The notes beneath the pieces were generated by a model that saw nothing but the letters and a program-made list of their open reading frames with translations, was not told where the DNA came from and searched no databases. From Octopus sinensis (taxonomy: Eukaryota): 64,000 nt of DNA. The translations under genes were made by a program, and so were the position numbers. Shown here piece by piece: positions 23,208 through 36,865 of this stretch. The stretch covers positions 9,052,001 through 9,116,000 of the forward strand of contig NC_043008.1 of NCBI RefSeq assembly GCF_006345805.1, written 5' to 3'. The first letter of the stretch is position 1. Each line of letters begins with the position of its first letter.

Positions 23208-26200
23208 ATATATATATATAATGCACATATTTTGTGTATTTCGTTGGTGTTGATGGCAATTATCATGCATTAGATGTCATTTAGGTCGGAACTTTTGAAT
23301 TCAAAGTGAAATATATCACGATCGGCTTCGAGAGTAAGTCTTTGCATAATAAATATTTTCTGTTTCGCTGACATTGTATAAATGTTAAACTTAGCGAGGG
23401 CGATAGCTGTATATTTCCAATAAGTCAACTATGATAATTTATGTGATATTTCAACCAGGTTTGAGAAAACGCATATCAAATAAAATCTTAATGCTAATTA
23501 AGGCCAATTGTATAGCAAATGGCAAAAACGAATGTTATTATAACTGAAAGTAGGAGACAAAACATAAGAAAGAAACGACACCTCGTTATTTAAACGCATT
23601 GAATATGTTTTGAGGGGTTTTTTGCTGGGGTTTTTTTACATTATTTTGTGTAAATCAGTTGATTTTATTACGTTATTCAGAGTGACTGAGAAATACTTGC
23701 CTGGTATTTAACTGACGGTGATATTTCTTCTTTATAGTGAAAACTTGTTCATAGTTGAAGGAAATCTTTATTTAAAATCCAATGTAGAGTGGGTTGTAGG
23801 GTAAGACTTCTTTGTTATGAAAACAAGAGAATAGGTTCTAAAGGTTTATAATTTCAAATTAATTTAAATTGTTGAGACGGATCTAAGAATCATATAAGAA
23901 CATTCTGTTGATTAAAATAATTTTGTACTTATAATGAAATGATTAATAGAAAGGTAATGGCTTTACGTCAGTTAAGCGCATCTACAGGATAGATTAGAGA
24001 ATGGTTTTTGAGGGACCCTTTAAAACAGACATGAGAAGTGCAAGCCCCATGCGTTGCCGGGGTGGGGGCGTCAGATTCTGTTGAAGCTCCATCATATTAT
24101 GTATGCATATATAATGTACATATACATTTAAATACGCATTGAACAGTTGATGAATTCATTTAAAAAATTGAGAACCTCTTCGATCTAAACCATCGATAAC
24201 CAAGCAAACTGTGCGTACTAAGAATTCATACAAATAACTTGAGATAATTCGAACATTGAGTATGTGTTGTTGTTGTTGTTGTCTAGTTCGGGGTAAAAAT
24301 CTCATCAAGCGTGCACACTTGTCATCAAAGCACTTCAGCCATTCTGTCATTTATATACAATTTATCTCAAACTGTATGCGTGAATTCCGTTTCCTTTTTT
24401 TAAAGATTAATACCATTGTTATCATTGCAGACTCTTCTCAGTTTTCTCAGATTCCAGATTTTAAACTATCCTGTTTTCTGAAGAATTAAAGTATTTCCGA
24501 GAATATGGGTTTATCCTACTTCGTTTCGTTTGGCTCATAGAGGTCAGACTAAAAGGGCTTACTCAAGGTGCCGTGCAATCAAGATTGAATAGGGAACCTT
24601 ATGGTTACGAAATATGTTCATAAAATTGTGTTGTCACTCGAAAGCAAATTCAAAAGCTTGTTTTCGTTGGCAGCCATTTAAGTCCAAGCCGATAATGTAG
24701 AAGTTGAGCAAAAGAAATATTACAAGACATCCGTGCGCCATCTTTTCTCAGACTAATCAGTAAGTAACACCTGAACCACGCTGATACACGTCAACGAAAC
24801 GAATAAACAAAGAAATGTTAAGACACGCTAATGCCATCTTTCGGGCCAATTAGTTATTCGCATCGATGTTATTTACATCATTCTTTGCCGGTGACACAGA
24901 CTAAACAAACGGATGGAAAACTGACAAGAATTGCTAAATCATAAGAAGCAGAAAATTGACTTATTCAAGATGTTCTATCAGTCATCGATGGCCTTAATTG
25001 TCTCGGTACACACAGTAGCGATAGACAGCAAACCAGACATGAAATATTTTACGTAGTAGCAAAACGCAACAAAATAGTTAACACAGACAACAAAGCAGCT
25101 ATGGAATCATTAAGTCAGATACAGTTTTTATTGGTTATTCAGATAGTCTCACACAGAATACATTATTGATTGATTTTACTCTCATCGATGAAGAGAGGCA
25201 ACTTGGAAGGTATCGACTAAATACCCCAGGGAGTGAAACCAAAAACCAAGAGTAGTCCAACTATCTATCTGTTCTGATACTTCTCCTTCCTAAACACTGC
25301 GTTGAGAGTAGTCGTTTGATCTGCAAAGAATAATTGGCAAATTCCCTAGATTCTTTACCAACTTTAAAAGAACTCATTTCTAATGAAGGATTGTCACCAA
25401 TGGAACCTCTTTGATCACAGGTCCCACATCAAGCACGTTCGCATGGGAGTAAACATTAACAATTGACTAAATAAGGTGTTATTACTTAGCTTGCAACCGT
25501 AACCTCAAATCCCAACAATCGTTCTGTTCCTGTGCCCCTAATACCAGTGAAACATATCAGGTCCTTGTTTGACCGATCCCTACATCTTTGCCAAAATTAA
25601 TTTTATAATTTTATGTGAATTGTTCTTAGTTTGTAATTTACTAAAACATTGTAGAAATGTTAAATCATGAAGAATGTTCATGTCGCAAAGAGAAAGTGTC
25701 GCCTTGATTTTTCGTTTAATATGCATTGGCGAGAAATAACTCTATCGTGATATACATCCTCTTCAGTTGCCAATTTTGTTCCTGCTGGGATGTATTATAA
25801 ATAAAAATTAAGATATTGTTTTCTAAAGAATCTCGTCTTTAGTATGTTTTTAATACAGAGATAAAACCGTTGTTTGCTTAGAGTTAGTTCCTCGCAGTTT
25901 GGAAAGGATTCAAAAACTTTCTAATTAGTATATGAATCATGTCGTATTAGTTGGCTCGAATTGGTATGCAAATGCGTTCATGGGCGGAAATGACCTGAAT
26001 TCGATTAATAGACCCAGAAGACTTTGTAATTTTTCAGTCGACTCAATTCGACAAGGCTTCATTCTCGGAAGTCTTTCGACAGAAGAGTTATTATTAATGC
26101 AGTCAGCGAAGCACTGCTAACTACGGAATATAAATATGCTGGATACCTCTGGGAAATAGTTCTGTACTTATCACAGTAAAAGCAACACATATTTGCAATC

Positions 26201-26872
26201 AAATTCAAGTTAATAATAGGAAAACAGAAAAATGCCAAACTTTATCTCGGTTCTCACAGACAGTTGTTTGTCTATTCCACTCGCCAACTCCTTCCAGTTT
26301 TCTCCACCGAACCCCCACCTAACCATCGCATTCCTATCTATCTCCCTCGCGTTCCCTTTCTCTCGTTTCTATCTTTTTCTTTCCCCTTTCTCTCTTTCTC
26401 CTTTTCGATTTCTATTCTAAAGACACGTATTATACTTTATATATCCCAGAGAGGTGGGAAGTAATCAGAAGCTGAATGCGAGATGTTTTGTTTGTCGCCT
26501 ATTCAGGTATCTAGCGAACAAATCCGGTAACTTTGTCTGTTTATACATGTAATAAATTAGCCAATGAAAAACCACTTAATTTTATATTTGTTCTATTGTC
26601 AAGTCTACGTGTGTAATACTAGTTGATTTCGATTGTCTCAGGCAGCTTTGTAAAGATCGCATTCTTCAGCAGTGAATTGTTAAGAGGATAAGTCATTTGG
26701 AAAGGAATCACAACTCTCAAGATTTTGAACACTGATATTTTCTTGAAATTGATGTTTTCGATATAAACACAAAGCCAACTTGAGAAAAGCCAATGGAAGT
26801 CGATTAGATTAGATTCGTACATCGCTGTTTTATATACATATGTGCGTGTGTATGTATATATATGTGTATATA

Positions 26873-26913
<41 letters not shown>

Positions 26914-26928
26914 TTTTCCAAGTATATA

Positions 26929-26961
<33 letters not shown>

Positions 26962-27179
26962 GACTTTTCCAAGTATATATATATATTATATATATATATA
27001 CTTGGAAAAGGATGCGTGGCGTTCGATCATATATAATATAATATATATAAATATATGCATATATACATACCTACATGTATGTACATATATGTATGAATAT
27101 ATGCATATATTTATATTATTTATATTATTATATAAAGATACATACACATACATACATATACATACATCCATATATATAT

Positions 27180-27225
<46 letters not shown>

Positions 27226-27910
27226 TATATATATATACATATATACATATATACATATACATATACACACACATATATATATATATATATAATATATATA
27301 TATATATATTATCAAAACTGGTGGTATGAACTGTAAAATGAACACCAGTGATATTTCAAAATGAGGATACAGGGGAAAAAATGAGTTTGGTATTTGCTTC
27401 CTTTTTGCTTCACTGCCATCAAAGTATATTGATTATTTTCAAAAGTATTTTTTTTTTTATTATTTCAAAACCATTCAAATGTCGATAAAAGTCTTGTATG
27501 GTTGGGAAATTAGCTTTGCAATGCCATGGTTCTAAGTACAATCTCACTGGGAAACATCTGAGGAAGGAGTTTTCTGTTGAAGTCTCAGGAGTAAATTTTT
27601 GCTATTGCACTTGTCTCTCTTTAAAAAAGGACTACGCATTGAAATAGTACAAATCAAACATCGTATTTCTTTATTTTTTAAGCTTGGCATTTATACTATC
27701 ATTCTCTTTAGCTGAACCGCTAAGTTACGAGGACGTAAAACAAACTAGCACCGATTGTCAAGCGATAGAGCGAATGTCAAAGAGACACAAACACGTACAC
27801 ACACAAACATACACACACTCACACACACGCACACATGCAATCATAACCACAAGTTTGGAACATTTTTTAAAAAATCAAAATTATAATGCCCAATTCGAAT
27901 TATGCCCATA

Positions 27911-28329
27911 GGCGTAGGAGTGGCTGTGTGGTAAGTAACTTGCTTACGAACCACACGATTCCAGGTTCAGTCCAATTGCGTGGCACCTTGGGCAAGTGTC
28001 TTCTACTATAGCCTTAGGCAGACCAAAGCCTTGCGAGTGGATTTGGTAGACGGAAACTGAAAGAAGCCCGTCGTATATATGTATATATATGTATGTGGGG
28101 GGTGTATATGTTTGTGTGTTTGTGTTTGTTCCCTCCAACATCGCTTGACAACCGACGCTGGTGTGTTTACATCCTCGTAACTTAACGGTTCAGCAAAAAG
28201 AGACCGATAGAATATGTACTAGGCTTACAATGAATAAGTCCTGGGGCCGATTTGCTCGACTAAAGGCGGTGCTCCAGCATGGGCACAGTCACATGACTAA
28301 AACAAGTAAATGAGTAAAAAAGAGAGTAA
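27911..28329 (+). mobile_element. SINE family A, full length
   Basis: Starts GGCGTAGGAGTGGCTGTGTGGTAAG and is colinear with the other copies. Confidence 0.9.
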
Positions 28330-28440
28330 TTCGATTCAAATATATACAACGTATATTAACAGGCATTTAATATAAAAATGCTAGTTTTCACATCTATGTG
28401 CCAGACCTAATGCAATAAGCACATCCTTTCCAATAGCAAC

Positions 28441-28630
28441 GTTTAGCAGTATTTCGTCTGCCGTTACGTTCTGAGTTCAAATTCCGCCGAGGTCGACTTT
28501 GCCTTTCATCCTTTCGGGGTCGATAAATCTAGTACCAGTAACGCACTGGGATCGAAGTAATCAACTTAATACCTTTGTCTGTCCTTGTTTGTCCCCTCTA
28601 TGTTTAGCCCCTTGTGAGCAATAAAGAAAT
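28441..28630 (+). mobile_element. SINE family B, 5'-truncated, tail 2
   Basis: GTATTTCGTCTG..GAGTTCAAATTCC..CCCCTTGTGAGCAATAAAGAAATA. Confidence 0.85.
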
Positions 28631-29044
28631 AAACGTTAACGAATTTCGGTATACTCCCTATTTCAATTTTTCTTTTAAGTAGATATATAAGAAAATTCTT
28701 GTAATACAGCATATTTTATTACTATTTCATTATTATCGTTAATATCATTATTAATATTTCTTTTTTTCACACTTCTGCAATCCACTAGACTACTGCTTAT
28801 CTTTCGTTAAAGAAGCGTTAAGCTTTTATAATACCAGCTTAAGTTCTCAAATACATCGCCATGCATTGCGTGCAGATATAAAAGAAAGACTTAGCTTGCT
28901 AAATAAAACTGCCAAACATGAATAAAAACTCTTAGAAAAACTAAGCTTTAAAAACAATGAAATAAAGAGAAATTATTCATAGCATTCACAGGCAACAAAT
29001 ACCGTCAAACAAAATCGTCCACCAGCGTGTGAATAATTTTATGA

Positions 29045-29258
29045 GGGCGACGAGCTGGCAGAATCGGTAGCATGCTGGGCAAAATATTCAGCAGCATTTC
29101 GTCTGACTTCACGTTTCTGAGTTCGAATTCCGTCGAGGTCGACTTTGCCTTTTATCCTTTCGGATCGATAAAATAAGTACCAATTAAGCATTGGAGTCGA
29201 TGTAAGTGATTTATGTCTTCCCCTGAAATTGCTGGCCTTGTGCCAAAATCTGAACCAA
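29045..29258 (+). mobile_element. SINE family B
   Basis: GGCGACGAGCTGGCAGAA head, B box and central motif. Confidence 0.85.
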
Positions 29259-29303
29259 TATTTGATTAAATTTATTGGGTTTATTCAAGAGAGATGTCTA
29301 GTG

Positions 29304-29335
<32 letters not shown>

Positions 29336-29434
29336 CATCCGTGCATCCTATATAATCAACTATATATAGTAATTGACCATATAAAGACCGGGTGAAAATT
29401 AATGAGACTCCAGTCATACATCGCTCAGATAATT

Positions 29435-29690
29435 GTTTCAAATTTTAGCAGAACGCCAGCAATTTTCATTAGAAGAAGTTTGTCGATTACTTTGACACCA
29501 ATGCTTAGCTAGTACTTTACTTTATCGATCAGAAGTTAAAAGGCAAAGTTGACCACGACGGTATTTCAGTTCAGAATGTGAAGCACCGGAAGAACTGCCA
29601 CTAAGCATTTTGTCCGGTGCGGTAACGATTCTTCTTTCTTTATTGCCCACAAGGGGTTAAACACAGAGAGGGACAAACAAGACAAATTTT
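29435..29690 (-). mobile_element. Diverged SINE family B with a tail-2 remnant
   Basis: Reverse-complement similarity to the central motif and head; gcccacaaggggttaaacacagagagggacaaac tail fragment. Confidence 0.7.
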
Positions 29691-29862
29691 TTTCTCTCCT
29701 TGTTTCTCTCCTTGTTTTTTTCTGGGCATCTTTCTATCGAAGAGCGTAGGCTCGAAACGTAAACGACTTTTTCTATTTCTATTCCTGAGCGCTATACTAA
29801 TACATTTGTTTGTTTTTACTCCACCTGCCTTCGACTTTTGTTTATTTTCGTAAACTTTCCCG
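29690..29862 (+). mobile_element. PLE-like short repeat with a variant hammerhead core
   Basis: TCTTT-CTATCGA-A-GAGC(GTAG)GCTC-GAAA-CG-TA-AACGA at 29729-29766; ends in (TA)n. Confidence 0.65.
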
Positions 29863-30000
<138 letters not shown>

Positions 30001-30484
30001 ATACATAATTTCATCACCACTATATATCAGCAACACCAATACAACAAGCATCAACACAGAAACAAATACAAGTGCGGATTCGAGACTAAACAACAATAAC
30101 AAAATAACTACCATCATCATCACGATAATTATCATCACCAACAGCAAATCCAATGCAACGAGCACCATTACCAACCCACTAACTTTTGAATAACCCAACT
30201 GAGAACTATAATAACGATATTACATGATTGTAATACCTGTAGCTACGTAAGTTGTATGCTAATATAACGGGTAAGATGGACACAGTGTAGAGTTCTTACG
30301 GCTCCAGTAACAAATACATGAAGCAAGGTCCCACTGAACTTGTTAACCCTTCAACTAACTGTAATCATACAGTCCTCTCCACCTCATTTTTCACCCTTTC
30401 GTTTTCCGTCCTGACATCCATAGCAAAAAAAAAACAATGATAATTTGCACTCACAAAAAAGCTCCTTCCTGGTGCTATTTTCCA

Positions 30485-30765
30485 CGACATGCTTTGAATT
30501 GTGGTCGGAAAAATATATGACCAGACTCTACTCGTGGCTTTACAAGTTTTTCACCAACAGAAAATCTCCATCAAATTCAGAAAGATATTGTAACGCTTGC
30601 AAATGATATAGTTTTAGAAGAACTCATAGAGGATGGTGTAGCTGAACTGCTAGTGTCCCAGAGGGAAAGTTATCTGACAAGCAACTGATGTTGTTAGGAC
30701 AACTGCAAGCTGGGAATACAGATGAGAATAAGGAAATTCCACCTACTCGAATTGACTGCAAATGT
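30485..30765 (+). pseudogene. Decayed pogo/Tigger-like transposase C-terminal fragment
   Basis: CFELWSEK..FSPTENLHQIQKDIVTLANDIVLEELIEDGVAELLVSQ resembles the Tigger W..LWP..F.GF..IV.LA..E..DV.ELL.SH pattern (by eye). Confidence 0.6.
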
Positions 30766-31778
30766 CAACAAGTCCTTCCGTGTGTTTTGTTTTGTTTTTG
30801 TTATTTGTTGGTTTTTTTTTTTCATTTTTTTCCTGATAACAACCCTAATTGTGAGCGTTACATTTTATATAACAAGAAATATTTAGAATTACCTCAGTTC
30901 CTGCACTGAGCTATACAAACAGATGACGCCCCCATAAACATCAAACAGTTTTGGTTAAACCGATGTTGATGATGAGGAATTATAACATCAAAAAATCGTA
31001 TCTCGCATCCTCCAAATAACTCCCATTCCACCACCCACTACCATCCCTCACACAGTAGTCAACATCTTTTGTGGTGAAAACGTACACTATAACAATAATA
31101 CGGGTTTTATTTATTCCCTAACACTTTTCTCTTCAGATGTTTCCATGTATACATATTGTATGGTGTCTGTTTAGAAGTATTTCCGTGAATAAAAGTGGTC
31201 GGGTGGCTTGTTTGTATGTTTTTTTTTTATTTTGCTTTTGCATTGTATTCTTTTACTTTTGTTTGCTTCTTTGTTTTTGTTTTCTTTTTTGCGAAAAAAA
31301 TTGTCTGAACGTATTATTTCTTTATGACACGAAAATCAATGGCAAAATTAATTTCGCGTTACAAAAATTTCGCGTTACGATAAGGTGGTCAGGAATGCTT
31401 TATTTCCATAATGCAGTAGATTTATCTATGTGTGTGTCTATGTATGTGTGTGTATGTGTGTCTACGTGCGTATATATATATGTGCATATATATGCATATA
31501 TGTATGTATTCATATATATACATATATATATGCATATAAATATATATCTGCATATATATATATATATATATTTAAGTAGGTGAATGAATTATCCTATGTT
31601 TATCGTCAGCATGGAAAATTCGTTTAACCGAAACCTGGGTAGCAAATTCACGTCAGAAAACACGGTTGAAGCGACCTGTCAAGGGTAGAAACTCCAGGTT
31701 CATGTGTAGAAATTTGTGTGTTGTATATGAATAAATGAAAGAATGGAGTCGAACGAAGATGTTAACAAAATTCCTTTA

Positions 31779-31860
31779 CTCTCGACACATGTTTCGAAGA
31801 CAGCATATTTTCATTCCGAAGGAATAAAGGGTGCATTATGCAATCTTCTCATCAGGAAAG
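31779..31860 (-). ncRNA. Type I hammerhead with long stem II, GUC cleavage triplet
   Basis: CTTTC-CTGATGA-GAAGATTGCATA..TATGCTGTCTTC-GAAA-CATGTG-TC-GAGAG. Stem II is 12 bp with one U.U; stem I is 5 bp with one wobble. Confidence 0.75.
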
Positions 31861-32385
31861 AAAAGGAGCCTCTCTCGACCACAAGACAAACAAAAATTTC
31901 GATGATTGCCTACATTGTAAACAAAGCGATAATGAGCGTTTTTTTTTTTAAATCCGTTAGAATTGACGTCAAAAATGGATAGTAGGAGGAAGAGAAGGGA
32001 TAAAGTAAAAATAGGTAGGGGACAGTATGTTTGCTGTATGTTTGCTGTATGTATGGAAATGTGTGGGTGTGTGCTTGTGTTAATGAGTGCGTGTTAATGA
32101 GTGCGTGAGTTTGTGTATGTGTGTATAACTGTGTGTCATTGTGTGTGTGAGAGAGAGACAGACGTCATAGATAGATAGCAGTAAGGGGAGGTATAAAGGA
32201 GCAATAGGTAGGGAACAAGTGGAGAGGGAAGTGTATGTTGATTAAAAGAATGATCGAAGGCTTAGGAAAGAATTTCTCTATAGCAGTGGGGTGGACGTGA
32301 AGCTAATTGTTCAAACCACAGTAACTATCGTTATCATTTATATGAGTAGAAAGTGTGTTTCTGCCAGCGTTTACATTTGTACGAT

Positions 32386-32466
32386 TTTTCTATGATGAGA
32401 AGATTGCATAATTCACCCTTTATTCCTTCGGAATGAAAATATGCTGTCTTCGAAACATGTCGAGAG
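32386..32466 (+). ncRNA. Mirror copy of the 31779-31860 hammerhead with a damaged core
   Basis: ttttc-TATGATGA-GAAGA..TCTTC-GAAA-CATG-TC-GAGAG; C3 is lost. Confidence 0.55.
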
Positions 32467-32514
32467 TAAAGGAATTTTGTTAACATCTTCGTTCGACTCC
32501 ATTCTTTCATTTAT

Positions 32515-32525
32515 TCATATATATA

Positions 32526-32618
<93 letters not shown>

Positions 32619-32632
32619 ATATATATATATAA

Positions 32633-32665
<33 letters not shown>

Positions 32666-32673
32666 GATATATA

Positions 32674-32707
<34 letters not shown>

Positions 32708-32839
32708 GTATAAATATATATATATATGTATAATATATATATATATATACATATATATATAAATATATATATATTATAAATATATATATATATACATATA
32801 TATATATAAATATATAATACATATATATATTATATATAC

Positions 32840-32872
<33 letters not shown>

Positions 32873-32881
32873 CATATATAC

Positions 32882-32951
<70 letters not shown>

Positions 32952-32990
32952 ATGTATATATATGTATATATATATATATATATGTGCATG
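32515..32990. repeat. (TA)n compound microsatellite
   Basis: Direct reading. Confidence 0.95.
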
Positions 32991-33205
32991 CGCCTATGGA
33001 GGATGTGTACGTGTATATATAGCCATGTTGTCTCCTAAATAAGGCGGTATTTAAACATGAGGATATCTCTCTCGTATAGATATGTTTTATGAGATGTATG
33101 GAATATATAAGCGTGTTTATGAGTGGCAGCGCGTCTGTGTATCTTATCTCTATCTAATTTTTCTTTGTCTGTATGCATACACACACATACAAACATACAA
33201 ACAAC

Positions 33206-33247
<42 letters not shown>

Positions 33248-33447
33248 ATATATATATACATAGATATATGCCTGTGTGTGTGTGTCTGTAATACAAATAT
33301 ATATTTTGTGCACATACATCACTGTTGTCTTTGGTGTATCGGTTTATGTTCAACAAGAAAGCTGTTTATGTAAACACACACATATATATATACTTACAAA
33401 TATCTATATGTATATATGCATATATATATGATTGTGCATGTATGTAT

Positions 33448-34312
<865 letters not shown>

Positions 34313-35199
34313 TACATATATAGATATAGATATAGATATACATATACATATATAGATATATATGATGTTTATGTATGCGTGTGTAATTTGTTGAAAATTC
34401 CTAATGTACTTGTCAAGTTAAAAACCTTTCTCTGTTCCTAAGACAGCAATCAATAAATAAATAAATGGATAAATTCATAGATAAATAAATAAATAAAACA
34501 TTTCAACATTTTCATTCGCAGCAGTAATAACTTTTTTGCTTCCCACATTTCACAACACCAATAACAATATGAAGAACAACACTAAGGACAACTTATACTT
34601 TCACTTTCTTTTCCAGTTGTGTGTATTAGAGAAAATGTAAAACAAAAACTAACCTTTTCTTTCGGATACAATAAATCACAAGAAAAGGCGTGGGCCGCAG
34701 TTTACAGCTGCCGCCGTGGTGGTCGTGGACACTGGTTATTCGTAAAATTGTGCTAAAAACACTCAGATCCTCTCGCGTTGTAATGCATAACGAGTGGCTG
34801 GCAAGCGCTAAAAGGGCAGAAAAAGCAAACAAATATTGCTAAACGAAACCAACGTAGTGCCACGATATTTTGCAATGCCTAGGAATTTACTTTCAAGAAA
34901 GACTTTTTCATTTGTAATTCTTTCTCGCGAAGTGACCGTGTGGATCTTCCGCAAATCTTTGCTATCAATTTCCACGTTTCTCTTCCATAAAGAACTTTTC
35001 CTTTCATTATTAATGCTTGTTGTTGCCCAAATTTGGCTCATCCGCTGAAACATTGCTCCTGTCTTACCAATACCGTTGCCTGCATCATTTTCTATGCGTC
35101 CATCACTGCTGATCACGCCGCCGAGAGATCAGAAGTTATTGACATCCTACACAACTTCTGTGCACTGAAGATGGTAGTTCCATTTGTAATATTAATCTG

Positions 35200-35402
35200 C
35201 AAACATTATTTACATCATTTACATTATCTATATTTGACGGATATTTGTCCCCATCTTGTTTGTTGTTAACACAACGTTTCGGTTGATATATCCTCCAGCC
35301 TTTATCAGGTGTCTTGGAGACATTTCGAACAAGATGAGGACAAATATACGTCAAATGTAAATAATGTACATAATTCCTCATCTCTTAAATATAGAACTGT
35401 AA
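35200..35402. mobile_element. Inverted PLE-like pLTR pair (same family as 14113-14282) inserted in the RTE relic
   Basis: 35233-35260 and 35328-35355 are inverted repeats. The minus strand at 35266-35317 carries a degenerate HHR (CTGATAA core). Confidence 0.7.
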
Positions 35403-36324
35403 TCTGCAAACCTTGGTTATTTTACAACTAATTTTGACACCGAGCTTTATTGTTTGTTCTTTGAACTTGGTAGTTAGTTCATGCAGCTTCGTCCTTGTCT
35501 CTTTTAGTAGCATGATGTCATCGGCAAGGGCCAAGTGAGCAAAATTCTTTTCGTTTTACTCCAACGAAGACTTGCATTACTCAAATGAATTTCTGTTTAT
35601 ATAAAAAAAAAACAGCTTCTAGTAGGAAAACAAACGAGAGTACATGGTCCTGACACCAATAATGATGCTAAAGTTGTTAGTAAAGCATCTGTTCTGGCAT
35701 AGTAGTTAGTCTTTGTAAAGATTCATGGAGATGTTTAGATATTGAGACCATATACTTAAGTGATCTTTTGTTACCTTAACCATTCTATCAAATGTGTTTT
35801 TTACATTAGAAAATTGTTCGGTTCCGCTGGAGCGGAATCCTGCTTGTTCTTTCCGCGGGCTTGCATCAACGTTCTGTCGAATTCTGTTCAATATTATAAA
35901 GCAAAGAACTTTTCTTGGAAGAGAGAAACGTAATTCCCAGTTTTGCAATCTGCCAGGTTATCCTTCTTGAGAGTTGCACAATAACTCCTTTCCCCCAGTC
36001 AATATAAAAATTGTTGGGGGTAATATTTTTCTACTCCCTCAGGCGCTTACCTCTAGATTTTGAGGAACTGAGTAGCTTGAAAGCAAATCGGCTGTTAGAA
36101 GAACAAGGACCTAGTCTACGGTTGATAGCTTTCCCTGTTGAAAAGCATTGAATTCATATGTTGTAAACAAATAAATGTGTCCTCATTTTTACATTAGAGC
36201 CCTTACATATACGTAGCTCGTTGTCCCAAATTAGAATTTCACGGGTTTAGCAGTTGATAGATAAATATATTGGTTGTAGACACATTGCAATTCCGCCAAC
36301 ACGATACGAACTATCGATCTATCC

Positions 36325-36420
36325 AAGGCGGCGAGCTGGCAGAAACGTTAGCACGCCGGGCGAAATGTCTGTCCTTGTTTGTCCTCTCTGTGTTTAGCCC
36401 CTTGTGGGTAGTAAAGAAAT
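36325..36420 (+). mobile_element. Internally deleted SINE family B (head fused to tail 2) with a 12 bp TSD
   Basis: TSD ATCGATCTATCC (36313-36324) and ATTGATCTATCC (36421-36432). Confidence 0.85.
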
Positions 36421-36865
36421 ATTGATCTATCCTGTTGTTCTTCAGGATTATCAACTTGATTATCATCCAGCTTCTCCCAGATTCCTTTATCAAGTCTGAC
36501 CAGAAAGGCTGCAGGTTTAGACATGCTATCCTCTGCTATCATTACCTTTGCTCTTTTGTATTCATCCTGTTTATGACATATATTTTTCGTTTCACCTACT
36601 ACTCGGCACAATGATCGTATTCTTTACAGCAAACAGGAGATGGGGTAACATTCATACTTTCCTATGAGCATTTGTTGCAAAATAGATGTGGAATTATTCC
36701 AAAGGAATAGGTTCGAGTCCTTTGTAAAGAGTTTTAAGTTAAGTTAAACTGTAAGTTTTCAAGACTTATAATAAATAATATTGTTTAAAGTCTGAATGAG
36801 GTGGTCGAAATTTTAGTCGGTAGATTGTAAATCTATTTATAAGTGTTTTACTTGCTCATACTCTC

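Larger units (their letters stand above)
31724..32520. mobile_element. PLE-like element with ~130 bp inverted arms (31724-31855 and 32393-32520), each overlapping a hammerhead
   Basis: The arms are near-identical reverse complements with two small differences. The ~530 bp spacer is GT/GA-rich, and the right end runs into (TA)n. Confidence 0.8.
34800..36640 (-). pseudogene. Decayed RTE-clade LINE ORF (linker, RT and C-terminal region) with nested insertions
   Basis: Motifs occur in the expected order on the minus strand: VRLDKGIW..QQDRSIVRI, KAPEG, DWGKGVIVQL, RKVLCFIILNRIRQNVDASPRKEQAGFRSSG, LALADDIMLL, ISSDGRIENDAGNGIGKTGAMFQRMSQIW. Many stops and frameshifts. Confidence 0.85.

Noticed and set aside
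25940-26180. Open frames on both strands near 26 kb (RLNSTRLHSRKSFDRR.. on +; CFADCINNNSSVERLPRMK.. on -)
   Set aside because: Both are short (under 60 codons), mutually exclusive, and lack a complete pair of splice signals.
26619-26830. Minus-strand peptide NLIDFHWLF..ISVFKILRVV resembling ion-channel S3-S4
   Set aside because: The periodic R/K pattern stops after two charges, there are no convincing splice sites, and the frame begins in microsatellite.
36348-36611. Protein-like ORF as a host exon
   Set aside because: It is explained as the RTE endonuclease-RT linker reading into an inserted SINE fragment.
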